The notes under the pieces are model-generated. The model saw nothing but the letters and a program-made list of their open reading frames with translations. It did no database searches and was not told the origin of the DNA. A stretch of 64,000 nucleotides of DNA from Candidatus Parcubacteria bacterium (GTDB taxonomy: Bacteria > Patescibacteriota > Minisyncoccia > Phycocordibacterales > Zambryskibacteraceae): the NCBI GenBank assembly GCA_019661865.1, contig JAIFWJ010000001.1:43290-107289 (forward strand), read 5' to 3'. Positions 1 to 10,158 of this stretch are shown piece after piece. Both the position numbers and the translations under genes were made by a program. Position 1 is the first letter of the stretch. Each line of letters starts with the position of its first letter.

Positions 1-1
1 T

Positions 2-619
2 AATCCTGTCGATCGTGCTAGAGCGTTTGAAAAACTTTCTAAGGAGTTCGGATTCAAACATGCCGAGATTGGGAAGAAAGTAGGGAAGAGCCGCGAGTAT
101 GTCTCGAACACCCTGCGTATCCTCATGCTCCCACAGACTATGCTCGATGCTCTAGCAGAAGGGAAGATTACTGAGGGTCACACTAGGCCTCTCATGATGC
201 TTATTGACCGTCCACAAGAGCAAGAAACTCTCTTTAAAGAGATAATGTTTAAGAAGCTCAATGTCCGGGAGGCAGAAGGTATTGCTCGTAAGATTGCATT
301 TGAGCGTGCCAGGAAACTTGTCGATCCAGAGCTAGTCGACATGGAAGACAGACTCAAGGAGAGTCTAGGCACTCGTGTGCGCATTGACGCACGTGAGGAG
401 GGTGGCAAGATCACCATAGACTTCTTCTCCAAGGATGACTTGGCCTCACTTCTTGATCTCATTAAGTACGGCGCGGCATCACGCGGAGATATAGAGCCGA
501 AGATTGAAGATGTGCCACCTCCCACAGAAGAAGAGAAGGTTGAGATGAGTGAGGGTAGCAAGGAAGCTATGGAGTCCGACGACCAGGATCTATACTCCGT
601 TACGCACTTCACTGTCTAG
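2..619 (+). CDS. parB: Chromosome partitioning protein ParB, C-terminal part (5' end lies outside the window)
   Basis: In-frame translation from position 2 gives the ParB HTH region (NPVDRARAFEKL...GKSREYVSNTLRIL...) continuous with the listed ORF at 125..619. Confidence 0.75.
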   Translation, partial: NPVDRARAFEKLSKEFGFKHAEIGKKVGKSREYVSNTLRILMLPQTMLDALAEGKITEGHTRPLMMLIDRPQEQETLFKEIMFKKLNVREAEGIARKIAFERARKLVDPELVDMEDRLKESLGTRVRIDAREEGGKITIDFFSKDDLASLLDLIKYGAASRGDIEPKIEDVPPPTEEEKVEMSEGSKEAMESDDQDLYSVTHFTV

Positions 620-2128
620 TTAAACTTTCCTCATCTGGCTCAAGGTATGTCTGATATGTCGCCTGGCCATGGAGGTCTTTACGAACTCAAGCCACTTCTG
701 AGAGGGCTTGGCTTTCTCTTTAGTCATCACTTCCACAATGTCTCCATTTTTAAGACTGGTATCGAGTGAGACAAGCTTACCGTTTACCTTTGACCCAACC
801 ATATGATCCCCAATGTATGAGTGGATAGTGTAGGCGAAGTCGATCGGAGTTGAGTCTACAGGGAGATCCACCACGTCACCCTTCGGTGAGAATATAAATA
901 TCCTTCTATTTAAGAAGTCACTCTTAAGTTGTTCTTTAAGATTAAGATTCTTTGGCTGGGAGGCTTGGTATGCTACCAAGTCCTTGATCCATCTCGGCAC
1001 ATCGGATGAAATACTTTTTATACCCAAGTCCTGTCCTTCATTTTTCGGCAAGAGTGAATTTACCCAAGCAAGAGTCTCATAGTCTCGGCCACTTCTGCCT
1101 TGTTTGTACTCTACATGAGATGCTATTCCGTACTCGGAATGATTGTGCATGTCGAAAGTCTTTATCTGCACTTCTACAATGTTACCGTCACCAGTGAAGA
1201 CGGTGGTGTGAAGTGCCTGATAGCCGTTCGTCTTCGGGAATGCAATGTAGTCCTTAATGCGGCCAGGAAGCGGACGCCAGAGAGAGTGTATAATGCCGAG
1301 CACTCTGTAACAGTCTTCAGTCTTCTCCACCAATATACGCAGCGCGTTGAGATCATAAACTTTCTCCAGATCTTCCTTGTGCTCGAGCTTTTTATAAAGA
1401 CTAAACAAACCCTTAACTCTGTACTCAGTGCGGATCTTCACCAGGCCTTCCTTAGCTAGAGCTTTCTTCACTGAACGGAGAAACTTCTCTAGTGTCTCGG
1501 CTTGCTCGTGGTGTTTCTGTCTTAACAGTTTTTTAATCTCTTCATAAGCTTGTTTATGTACATATGGGAATGCAAGATCCTCAAGTTCACGGTTGAGTTT
1601 TCTTATACCAAGTCTGTATGCAATGGGGGAATAGATCTCCAGAGTTTCTGTGGCTATGCGTTCCTGCTTCTCCTTCGGCACATGAGCGAGAGTGCGCATG
1701 TTGTGCAGTCTGTCTGCGAGTTTAATGATAAGAACTCGTATATCTTGCGAGATAGCTACGAAGAGTTTTCGTAAGCTCTCATTATGTCTGTCTGTACCGC
1801 GGTACTTAACCTTGCCAAGTTTAGTTACTCCGTCTACTAGGAATGCAATTTCTTTCCCAAACTCCTTTTGAATTGTCTCGAGTGTAACCTCTCTATCCTC
1901 GACTACATCGTGTAGGAGGCCTGCAGCAATAGTTGTGCCAGACATGCCGAGCTCAGCAAGTATTTTAGCTGTTTCAACTAAGTGTACTGAATATGGATCA
2001 CCAGATAGTCTGGAGTGTCCTTCGTGTGCTTTCAATACATAATTATATGCGCGCTCTACAAGTTCTATCTCCTCCCTCTCAGGAGACTGCATTTGACTCA
2101 ATATACTCAGTAAGTTTGAGTCTTTCAT
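620..2128 (-). CDS. rel: Bifunctional (p)ppGpp synthetase/hydrolase Rel/SpoT (HD, RelA_SpoT and TGS domains)
   Basis: HD-domain motifs (HDVVED..., LADRLHNMRT), the synthetase region and a C-terminal TGS region; 502 aa. Confidence 0.9.
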   Translation of the reverse strand: MKDSNLLSILSQMQSPEREEIELVERAYNYVLKAHEGHSRLSGDPYSVHLVETAKILAELGMSGTTIAAGLLHDVVEDREVTLETIQKEFGKEIAFLVDGVTKLGKVKYRGTDRHNESLRKLFVAISQDIRVLIIKLADRLHNMRTLAHVPKEKQERIATETLEIYSPIAYRLGIRKLNRELEDLAFPYVHKQAYEEIKKLLRQKHHEQAETLEKFLRSVKKALAKEGLVKIRTEYRVKGLFSLYKKLEHKEDLEKVYDLNALRILVEKTEDCYRVLGIIHSLWRPLPGRIKDYIAFPKTNGYQALHTTVFTGDGNIVEVQIKTFDMHNHSEYGIASHVEYKQGRSGRDYETLAWVNSLLPKNEGQDLGIKSISSDVPRWIKDLVAYQASQPKNLNLKEQLKSDFLNRRIFIFSPKGDVVDLPVDSTPIDFAYTIHSYIGDHMVGSKVNGKLVSLDTSLKNGDIVEVMTKEKAKPSQKWLEFVKTSMARRHIRHTLSQMRKV

Positions 2129-2165
2129 AAACCCATCATACTTATTAGAGTAAACAGTGCAACTA

Positions 2166-2196
2166 TAAATAAAAACGCAGCGAGTTATCGCTGCGT
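2166..2196 (-). terminator. Intrinsic terminator for the upstream minus-strand gene; the hairpin overlaps the stop codon
   Basis: Minus-strand stem acgcagcga/tcgctgcgt with loop taac (contains TAA at 2185-2187), followed by TTTTTATTT. Confidence 0.5.
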
Positions 2197-3663
2197 GCTC
2201 ACACTGTCCGGTATTTCATCAATGTTTTCGGCAGGGAAGTAGGTTGCAAGCTTGAGAAGAATCCTCTTTGATAAAACGAGGTCCTCTCTGAACTCGTGGA
2301 AGAGACTTACCAGAGCTGACTTCTCATTACCATGGAATTGTCCACTCTCAATGGTAGCCCAGAGCTCAAGCAAATTTCTACGATTCGACTCTCTACGCAG
2401 TTCATCCTTTCGGGTGTGTACATTGAGGTAAATTCTACTGGAAAGTACCTCTGCCTCTTCCTCGATCTTGCCCACTTCTTCCGGAGTGGATGCATTTACA
2501 ATTCTCGATCCAAAGTAACTCTTGAGCCTGTCTAGTGCCGTTTGACAGGTCTTAGAATTCCAGGGAGATTTGTTCAAAAGCCAGGCAAGCTCCTTTGGAA
2601 GGGAGGTTTCCTGAGCCATGTGGAGGAAGTGTTTGTCCCAGGCATCGAAGAGTTTCTTCGATGGAACTAGTTCTCTCCACACATCGCTTCTGCTGTTGTG
2701 ATGACTACGACGTGTCTGCCAGATGTCGTAGAGTAGAAGGATCTGTTCAGGAGTTAAGCTCCTCTGCGCAAGGGAGTTTAAAGCTGCCGAGTAAATGACG
2801 CATGGTTCGTATCCGTCCCTATCAGCGAAATTTCTCGTGAAGCTCAAGGCCTCATCAAAGTTCTCAATCTTACGAACTCTTTCACTCACAAGTATGCTAA
2901 GTTTCTGACTAATCAGATCGGTGTCGAGATATTCACTAGGAATCTCTGATTCGATCTGAAGCAGTTCCTCAATTGATTCGGTTTCCACCCACATGAACTT
3001 CCATGCGAACCGGGTGGATTGATCATGACGTGAACTAAGAGAGACTTGCTGACCCTTCATCTTCTGAAAGAGGGCCAGTCTTTCCTCGAGAGTATTCAGA
3101 CAGGAGAACTCCGACTGGAATGCATGTCTTATATCTTGAGCGAGTTCTTCCCTAGAACTGTAGACTGACACTGGGATATTATCCCCGACGAACTTGTCTG
3201 TTTCTTTGAAGAGGGTGAGAAGACGGTCCAACTTCTCTGGTGAACCATCATTAATGATGGCCTCTCTCCTTTCTAAGAAGAGAGAAGAGATTTTTTCGCT
3301 TGCAGATTCGGCTTCCTCCTCGTTTATGATTTGGAAGCCAGCCGTTGTTCCAAAGGTTTGGAAATCTTCGATCACCTGGAAGCGATCCAGATAAGCAAGG
3401 AAGAGTTCCTTACGTCGTTCTTTGTATTCCTCTAGTTCTATCTGCTCGAACTTGGAACCACACGAGTTGCTATAACTGTCTTCTGTGAATTCGCCAGAAA
3501 GCGCGGTGATCTCCTCGAAGGTCTTGGCAGATCTAACTAACCGCTGAAGTCTCGTAGATAGTCCCAAGCTAATCCTGAGTGCATCAGGACGAATACCGAG
3601 TTCACGGGCCATGCTACTAAAGTCCGCATGCATTGTTGCCTCACGGATGAATGTAATGTACAA
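2185..3663 (-). CDS. Hypothetical protein, 492 aa, no recognisable motif
   Basis: Long uninterrupted ORF between rel and topA with its own terminator; mostly charged and helical-looking sequence. Confidence 0.5.
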   Translation of the reverse strand: MYITFIREATMHADFSSMARELGIRPDALRISLGLSTRLQRLVRSAKTFEEITALSGEFTEDSYSNSCGSKFEQIELEEYKERRKELFLAYLDRFQVIEDFQTFGTTAGFQIINEEEAESASEKISSLFLERREAIINDGSPEKLDRLLTLFKETDKFVGDNIPVSVYSSREELAQDIRHAFQSEFSCLNTLEERLALFQKMKGQQVSLSSRHDQSTRFAWKFMWVETESIEELLQIESEIPSEYLDTDLISQKLSILVSERVRKIENFDEALSFTRNFADRDGYEPCVIYSAALNSLAQRSLTPEQILLLYDIWQTRRSHHNSRSDVWRELVPSKKLFDAWDKHFLHMAQETSLPKELAWLLNKSPWNSKTCQTALDRLKSYFGSRIVNASTPEEVGKIEEEAEVLSSRIYLNVHTRKDELRRESNRRNLLELWATIESGQFHGNEKSALVSLFHEFREDLVLSKRILLKLATYFPAENIDEIPDSVSTQR

Positions 3664-3699
3664 AAGCCTGCGTCCTTTCTACTCTTCTTTAGGGAAATG

Positions 3700-5904
3700 T
3701 CAATTAACATTCTTCTTTGCTTTTCTGGCGAATCCTCTTGCTTTCTTAGGTTCTTTAAGTATTTCTAAAGCGTGCTCGAGGGTGATGGTGTACACGTCGT
3801 CAGTTTTAAGAGAGCGGAAATCTTTCTGGTGCACTATGTATGGACCGAAGCGTCCGATGTTCGCCGTTATAGTCTCCCCGGTATCTGGATGCTTACCCAA
3901 CACACGGGGTAGAGATAAGTACTTTAAAGCATCTTCTAACGTTACTTCAGAGAGATTTTTAGTCTTGGGGATAGAGGCCTTGCGGGCTTTATCCTTGGAC
4001 TTACTGCCCTTACCCTTAGCCTCCTCACCGAGCTGGACATATGGGCCGAAGCGTCCTGTCTTTATAAATATGTGTTTACCAGTCTCGGGGTCGGTGCCGA
4101 TGGGTTCATCTGCTTTTATCTCATGACCATCTAAGGTTAATGATCCAACACAGTCAGGGAAGCGCGAGCAAGAGAGAAAGCGGCCTCCACGTCCAAGCTT
4201 CACGATCATAGGACTTCCGCATACTGGACATTTGAACTCACTAGGTGCATCTCCAAGATTGGTGATCTTCTCAATGTTTGCCTTATCCTTCACATCACGC
4301 GAGAACGGTCCGTAGAAGTCCTTAAGAGTTTTCTCGTATGTGCGGAGACCCTGCGCTACTTCGTCGAGTTCATCTTCCATCTCTGCGGTGAAGGAGTCGC
4401 TTATATAGTTCTGAAAATTATTTTCAAGAAATGTTGAGACCACATCACCCACATCGGTTGGCTTCAGAGCTTTGTTATCTTTCTCTACGTAACCACGATC
4501 TACAATGGTCTTAATAATAGATGCATATGTAGAAGGGCGACCGATGCCGCGCTTCTCGAGCTCTTTTATGAGACCTGCTTCTGAGTAGCGTGCTGGAGGT
4601 TGTGTCTCGAGTTCCTGTGAGTGAATATCTACAAGATTAAGCTTCTCACCAACTGTAAGCTCGGGTAATATTACTTCCTCTCCTTGAGCGGCAGGGTCTG
4701 CCTTGGTCCATCCATCGAAGAGTATGCGAGAACCATTAAGCCAGAAGTCTGGGATTTTGCTATCATTTTCTTTTGCCTCAACATTTGCCACAACTTTTGT
4801 GCGCATGATGAGAGCATCTTTCATCTGCGTAGCCAGAGTTCTCTGCCAGATCAGTTTATAAAGTCGTTTTTGCTCGTCGGTGTGACCGGCATTCTCAGCA
4901 CTCATGTGAGTAGGACGAATGGCCTCGTGTGCTTCTTGTGCATTCTTAGATTTCTTGGCGAAGACATGAGACTCGAAGTAGTTTGCACCGAACTTTTTCT
5001 CCACTATAGACCTTATGTCATTCTTGGCTTGGACTCCGAGGTTTGTCGAGTCGGTGCGCATGTATGTGATAAGTCCCGCTTCATACAGTCTCTGGGCCAC
5101 CATCATAGTGCGAGAAGGAGCGAAGCCAAGTCTCGATGATGCTGCTTGCTGAAGAGTAGAAGTGATGAAGGGTGGACGAGGAGCACGCTTTACCTGCGCT
5201 TCCTTTATATCAGTGACTTTCCAACTTCCTTTCTTACCTTCATCTAAGATTCTATCTACCTCACTTTTATCCCTAGGCTCGACCGAAGCCTCGAAGTGTA
5301 AGTGATTGTCCTTGGTGTCATGAAGCTCTGCGAAGATCTTCCAGAAGGTCTCTGGTTTGAATCCTCTGATCTCGCGCTCGCGCTCCATTATTATGCGTAG
5401 AGCAGGTGACTGCACACGGCCTGCCGAGAGTCCATAACGAACTTTCTTCCATATGAGCCCTGATAAGTCATAACCCACTAGTCGGTCAAGGACGCGACGT
5501 GCTTCTTGCGCTTCCTTTAAGTCGTTATCAATATCGCGGGGATGCTCTATAGCTTCCTCTACCGCCTCCTTAGTGATCTCATGGAAGACAATGCGCTTCG
5601 GATGTTTGAGTCCTACCGCTTCCTTTATATGCCAGGCTATGGCCTCGCCTTCACGGTCGGGGTCTGTGGCGAGTAAGACTTCACTAGCCTTCTTAGCCAA
5701 TGTTTTAATTTCTGAGATGATATGTTCCTTACCCTTCACTACTTCGTAATGGGGGATGAATCCTCCTGGCACGTCGATAGCTGCCTTCTGAGACTTGGGC
5801 AGGTCGCGCACGTGTCCGACAGATGCAACAACTTTGAAATCTTTTCCAAGATACTTTTCAATAGTCTTTGCCTTGCTTGGTGACTCTACAATAACTAACC
5901 GCAT
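3700..5904 (-). CDS. topA: DNA topoisomerase I
   Basis: TOPRIM N-terminus (MRLVIVESPSKAKTIEKYLG), the catalytic Tyr region and C-terminal Zn-ribbon repeats (CPVCGSPM...C..C); 734 aa. Confidence 0.95.
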   Translation of the reverse strand: MRLVIVESPSKAKTIEKYLGKDFKVVASVGHVRDLPKSQKAAIDVPGGFIPHYEVVKGKEHIISEIKTLAKKASEVLLATDPDREGEAIAWHIKEAVGLKHPKRIVFHEITKEAVEEAIEHPRDIDNDLKEAQEARRVLDRLVGYDLSGLIWKKVRYGLSAGRVQSPALRIIMEREREIRGFKPETFWKIFAELHDTKDNHLHFEASVEPRDKSEVDRILDEGKKGSWKVTDIKEAQVKRAPRPPFITSTLQQAASSRLGFAPSRTMMVAQRLYEAGLITYMRTDSTNLGVQAKNDIRSIVEKKFGANYFESHVFAKKSKNAQEAHEAIRPTHMSAENAGHTDEQKRLYKLIWQRTLATQMKDALIMRTKVVANVEAKENDSKIPDFWLNGSRILFDGWTKADPAAQGEEVILPELTVGEKLNLVDIHSQELETQPPARYSEAGLIKELEKRGIGRPSTYASIIKTIVDRGYVEKDNKALKPTDVGDVVSTFLENNFQNYISDSFTAEMEDELDEVAQGLRTYEKTLKDFYGPFSRDVKDKANIEKITNLGDAPSEFKCPVCGSPMIVKLGRGGRFLSCSRFPDCVGSLTLDGHEIKADEPIGTDPETGKHIFIKTGRFGPYVQLGEEAKGKGSKSKDKARKASIPKTKNLSEVTLEDALKYLSLPRVLGKHPDTGETITANIGRFGPYIVHQKDFRSLKTDDVYTITLEHALEILKEPKKARGFARKAKKNVN

Positions 5905-5960
5905 CGCATAACAAATACACTAGATGCATTTTTATTGCAAATTTCAAAATTCTAATTAGA

Positions 5961-6815
5961 TTAAAATGTCTTTCGAACTTCGCCCAACTCTTCCTTAATT
6001 AATCCTTTGATTTCTAAGAGCATAAGGACGCTGTTTGCCTTAGAGATTTCGAGCCTGGAAGCTCTGACCAGAGAGTCTCGGTCAGTAGGTTTATCCAGGA
6101 TCTTTATGAAAGTTTTTTCTTCATCCGTCAGGTCTTCAGTGTCAAATAAACCCAGAGTTTCTCCGCTCTTAAGTCCCAGGAGCTCCAGCACATCCTGAGA
6201 ATCTCTTATAAGTGCTGCACCTAAGCGGATAAGCATATGTGGACCTTCGGATGAAGGAGAAGAAATAGGTCCGGGCACAGCTCCAACCTCTCTATTATAT
6301 TCAGTAGCCAGCCGAGAGGTGATGAGAGTACCCGAGCGCTTCTCCGCTTCTATGACCACAGTGGCATGACACATCCCAGCCATGATTCTGTTTCTCCTCG
6401 GGAAGGCCCAAACTCCACTTGGCATTTCATCGTCGTACTCAGAGAGAAGCCCTCCACCAGACTCCACAATCTCCTCTGCCAAGTTGACATGTGAGTGCGG
6501 ATGGAGAACTTTAGTTGAAAGACCTGAGCCAGGCACAGCTATGGTCTGAAGTCCGGCCTTAAGGGCTGCCCTATGTGCTATTGAATCAATACCTAAAGCT
6601 AATCCAGAGACTATGGTAACAGGGTAACCTTGAAGTCCATATATAAGAGACTCACAAGCCTCACGTCCGTAATGTGAATACTTCCTAGAGCCGACAACCG
6701 CTAGGAGTTTGTTCTCGGGGTTTGGAAGTTCTCCCCAAAGTCTCAACTTCTCTGGTGGCTCCGGAATTTCACTTAGAAGCCCAGGCCATTCGTCCCGATT
6801 GAGCTCTCGTATCAT
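5961..6815 (-). CDS. dprA: DNA processing protein DprA/Smf
   Basis: Rossmann-like DprA core (GLALGIDSIAHRAAL...AVPGSGL); the dprA-topA adjacency is conserved in many bacteria. Confidence 0.85.
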   Translation of the reverse strand: MIRELNRDEWPGLLSEIPEPPEKLRLWGELPNPENKLLAVVGSRKYSHYGREACESLIYGLQGYPVTIVSGLALGIDSIAHRAALKAGLQTIAVPGSGLSTKVLHPHSHVNLAEEIVESGGGLLSEYDDEMPSGVWAFPRRNRIMAGMCHATVVIEAEKRSGTLITSRLATEYNREVGAVPGPISSPSSEGPHMLIRLGAALIRDSQDVLELLGLKSGETLGLFDTEDLTDEEKTFIKILDKPTDRDSLVRASRLEISKANSVLMLLEIKGLIKEELGEVRKTF

Positions 6816-6833
6816 GTGTTATATTGTATCGTA

Positions 6834-8099
6834 ATGTTGGATATCAAGTTTATACGAGAGAACCGGGAGCTCGTGGAGATGGCAGCTAAGAAGAAACGCA
6901 TAGAGTTCGATGTGGCACGCCTCTTGGAGGTAGATGACAAGCGTAAGACTCTCCAGGCCCGCGTTGAGGAGAAGCGGTCTGAGCAGAATGCCGGGAACAA
7001 GGAGATCGTGAGCGCCAAGGGTCCTGAGAAGACTCAGATTTTGGAGAAGATGAAGTTCGTTAAGGAGGCCATGGAGAAGGATGGAGAAGAACTTAAGAAG
7101 GTGATGCAAGAGTGGCACTCTCTCATGCTCCAAGTGCCGAATATTCCGGATATCACTGTGCCAGAAGGAGAGTCCGATGCAGATAATAAAGAGATAAAGA
7201 AACACGGTGACTTACCCAAGTTTGACTTCGAGCCTAAGTCGCACATTGAGATTATGACCGCGCTTGGCATGGTCGACTTCGAGCGAGGGATCAAGGTCTC
7301 TGGCTTCAGAGGGTATTACCTTAAGGGTGACGGAGCGCTCCTCTCCTTCGCCATATGGAATTACGCGCGGGACTTCTTCTTGAAGAAAAACTTTATACCT
7401 ATGATTGTGCCGTCCCTTGTGAAGCGTGAGTCCTTACTCGGTACAGGGTTCCTTCCACAAGGTGAAGAGGATCTTTATAAGACTCAAGATGGAGAATACT
7501 TGGCGGGTACTGGAGAAGTGGCGACCATGGGTTACCACATGGATGAGGTTCTAAGTAAGGAAGAGTTGCCGAAGAAATTTTTATCGTTCTCGCCATGCTT
7601 CAGGCGCGAGGCGGGTAGTCACTCCAAGGATGTGAAGGGGCTAATCAGAGTGCACGAATTTTATAAGTTAGAACAAGTTGTTCTCTGTGAAGCTTCTCAC
7701 GAGGAGTCGGTAAAACAGCACGAAGAGTTAAATAGAAATACAGAAGAGTTTATAGAGAGTCTCGGCATTCCTTACCACACAGTAGTAAACTGCGGTGGCG
7801 ACCTTGGCCTTGGCCAAGTGAAAAAGTATGACATCGAGCTCTGGGTGCCACTTGAAAACACTTACCGTGAGATCTCTTCAGCCTCATACTTTCATGACTT
7901 CCAGACTCGCCGATTGAATATTCGTTATAAAGACACAGATGGGAAGCTCAAGTACGCTCACTCTCTGAACTCCACCGCCATACCTACGCCTCGTATCCTG
8001 GTCTCTCTCATAGAGAACTTCCAAGAAGTCGACGGCAAGGTGAAGATCCCCAAAGTTCTCCAAGACTACATGGGGAAGAAAAAAATTGAGGTAAAATAG
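6834..8099 (+). CDS. serS: Seryl-tRNA synthetase
   Basis: MLDIKFIREN start typical of SerRS, an N-terminal coiled coil and class II core motifs. The listed ORF starts at 6816, but Met7 is the likely start. Confidence 0.93.
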   Translation: MLDIKFIRENRELVEMAAKKKRIEFDVARLLEVDDKRKTLQARVEEKRSEQNAGNKEIVSAKGPEKTQILEKMKFVKEAMEKDGEELKKVMQEWHSLMLQVPNIPDITVPEGESDADNKEIKKHGDLPKFDFEPKSHIEIMTALGMVDFERGIKVSGFRGYYLKGDGALLSFAIWNYARDFFLKKNFIPMIVPSLVKRESLLGTGFLPQGEEDLYKTQDGEYLAGTGEVATMGYHMDEVLSKEELPKKFLSFSPCFRREAGSHSKDVKGLIRVHEFYKLEQVVLCEASHEESVKQHEELNRNTEEFIESLGIPYHTVVNCGGDLGLGQVKKYDIELWVPLENTYREISSASYFHDFQTRRLNIRYKDTDGKLKYAHSLNSTAIPTPRILVSLIENFQEVDGKVKIPKVLQDYMGKKKIEVK

Positions 8100-8103
8100 G
8101 GTA

Positions 8104-8958
8104 ATGCGTATTGTAGGCAAGAGGTCGGCTCTTCGAACTCCGGAATTCCATAAGAAGAAGGAGTTTCAGAAGAAGGTTCGGGTTGTTCTTGGTGTTGTGC
8201 TTCTTACACTCATACTGGTAGCTCCTCTTCTAGCACTTAGGAGTAAACGTCTTCAGATTGTAAAAGTTGAGGTGAAAGGCAATAATGCAGTTAAATCAGA
8301 AGATGTGGGAAATCTGGTCAGTAAAGACTTGGAAGGAAGTTTCGCTTTCGTTATTCCTAAGTCTTCCACACTCTTTTATCCAGAGAAAAAGATAAAAGCG
8401 GACCTCCTAAGTTCATTCCCGCGCCTCTCTGCTGCCACCTTGGCTCTCAAGGGTACACATACTATCTCAGTATCCTTAGAGGAGCGTTCACCAGTAGCGA
8501 TATATTGCAAGGATGTTTCTAATAGAAACGAGCCCCAGTCTTGCTACTTTATGGATGATAGTGGATTCATATTTTCGGATGCAGCAGTGTTCTCCGGTGG
8601 TATTTACCCAGTCTTCACGAGTCAGCCCCTGCTCCAGAAACCCATGGGACAGAGTTTAGTGTCTAAGGAAGAGTTTAAAGTACTAATGAAAATATGGGCA
8701 GACATAATAAAACTCGACCTCTCGCCTAAATATATTTCCAGAGTTAATGATGAATACAGCATGGGACTTGCAAGTGCCACAAATATTTTATGGAAATCGA
8801 GCCAGGACGAGAGCGAGTTTATCTCGAACCTAGATTCTTTTCTACATTCATCCAAGACAGCCGGAGCTACACAATTAGACAATTTAGTGTATATTGACTT
8901 GCGATTTACTAATAAAGTTTTCTACAAGTTTCGAGTAGACTCTGGGGATAATATATGA
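8104..8958 (+). CDS. ftsQ: Cell division protein FtsQ-like (N-terminal TM plus POTRA and beta domain)
   Basis: One TM segment (VVLGVVLLTLILVAPLLAL), then a POTRA-like region (VEVKGNNAVKSEDV...ATLALKGTHTISVSLEERSPVAIY). Confidence 0.55.
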   Translation: MRIVGKRSALRTPEFHKKKEFQKKVRVVLGVVLLTLILVAPLLALRSKRLQIVKVEVKGNNAVKSEDVGNLVSKDLEGSFAFVIPKSSTLFYPEKKIKADLLSSFPRLSAATLALKGTHTISVSLEERSPVAIYCKDVSNRNEPQSCYFMDDSGFIFSDAAVFSGGIYPVFTSQPLLQKPMGQSLVSKEEFKVLMKIWADIIKLDLSPKYISRVNDEYSMGLASATNILWKSSQDESEFISNLDSFLHSSKTAGATQLDNLVYIDLRFTNKVFYKFRVDSGDNI

Positions 8959-9926
8959 GTAATGGATTTTGGGAAAATTTAAAGAGGCCAATTTTCGTAT
9001 TGGCGCCTATGGCCGATGTTACTGACGCGGCCTTTCGTCGTATCATTAACCAATATGGTAAACCAGATATTTTCTACACTGAGTTTGTATCTGCAGACGG
9101 TCTAGCCCTTGCCAGAGAGGAGGGAAGAAAGAAACTTCTTAAAGATTTAGAATTTAGTGAGGCCGAGCATCCCATAGTTGCGCAATTCTTCACTGCTAGT
9201 CCTGAGCATATGAAGAAGGCTGCAGAGCTAGCACGGAGTTTGGGCTTCGATGGTGTAGATATAAACATGGGTTGTCCGGATACGTCTGTAGTACACCAGG
9301 GCGCGGGTGCATGCCTTATAGAAACACCTAAACTTGCTAGAGAACTTATACGAGCGGCGAAGACAGGTGCAGGAGATCTTCCTGTGTCTGTGAAGACTCG
9401 CATAGGATTCAATAAACCTGAGCTTGAAGAGTGGTTACCAGAGTTACTGAAAGAGGACCCTGCTGCAGTAATCATCCACGCACGCACTAAGAAAGAGATG
9501 TCCAAGGTTCCTGCACGTTGGGAGTTCGTAAAGCGTGCGGTAGAAATTAGAGATAATTTAAATTCTAAAACTCTCATCCTCGGTAATGGTGATGTGAAGG
9601 ATCTAGAAGAAGCCCGCAGACGAGTAAAAGAGACTGGGGCAGATGGCGTAATGCTTGGGCGTGCGATATTTGGGAACCCGTGGTTGTTTTCAGAAAAAAT
9701 TCCAACACTGAAAGAAAAACTTAAAGTATTAGTGGAGCACACAAAACTTTTTGAAGAATTGCTTGGCGAGGTGAAGAGCTTCAATATCATGAAGAAGCAT
9801 TTCAAGGCATATGTAAATGGTTTCGATGGTGCACAGGACTTGCGAGTCAGGCTTATGGAAGCTAAAGATGCAAATGAAGTAGGAGATATTGTGGATAACA
9901 TCTTTGACTCGCAGGTTATAAATTAA
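8955..9926 (+). CDS. dus: tRNA-dihydrouridine synthase
   Basis: FVLAPMADVTDAAFRR...DINMGCP...K-R TIM-barrel Dus signature. Confidence 0.9.
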   Translation: MSNGFWENLKRPIFVLAPMADVTDAAFRRIINQYGKPDIFYTEFVSADGLALAREEGRKKLLKDLEFSEAEHPIVAQFFTASPEHMKKAAELARSLGFDGVDINMGCPDTSVVHQGAGACLIETPKLARELIRAAKTGAGDLPVSVKTRIGFNKPELEEWLPELLKEDPAAVIIHARTKKEMSKVPARWEFVKRAVEIRDNLNSKTLILGNGDVKDLEEARRRVKETGADGVMLGRAIFGNPWLFSEKIPTLKEKLKVLVEHTKLFEELLGEVKSFNIMKKHFKAYVNGFDGAQDLRVRLMEAKDANEVGDIVDNIFDSQVIN

Positions 9927-10124
9927 TACTCTGAAGATACGCAGGGTACGGACTCTCCTTAACCGAGGACCCGGGCGTATGCTCATTCATCGAATGGGAG
10001 GTGATCTGATCTAGGTGCCTCTCTCCTTGGATCAGCCCTTCGATCCTCTCTGACGCATAGCGTCTTCACGGGGCCTAGTCATAGACTAGGCCCTTAACTC
10101 TCCATAAGGTCAAGCATATATTAT

Positions 10125-10152
10125 TTGACAAATTAATTACTTGGTTTATAAT
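10125..10152 (+). promoter_or_regulatory. Near-consensus sigma70 promoter (TTGACA-16nt-TATAAT)
   Basis: ttgaca at 10125-10130 and tataat at 10147-10152 with a 16-nt spacer, in a roughly 600-nt gene-free gap. Confidence 0.55.
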
Positions 10153-10158
10153 ACTTCA

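Noticed and set aside
178-612. 144-aa minus-strand ORF antisense to parB. The same pattern recurs for many listed ORFs antisense to or nested in strong genes: 1006-1459, 3611-4126, 4684-5139, 6819-7205, 9074-9901, 10772-11284, 11261-11596, 35748-36152, 36851-37264, 46678-47259, 48998-49372, 62698-63054 and others.
   Set aside because: These lie entirely within well-supported conserved coding regions on the opposite strand or in an alternate frame. They have low-complexity, Ser/Arg/Leu-rich translations typical of spurious antisense ORFs.
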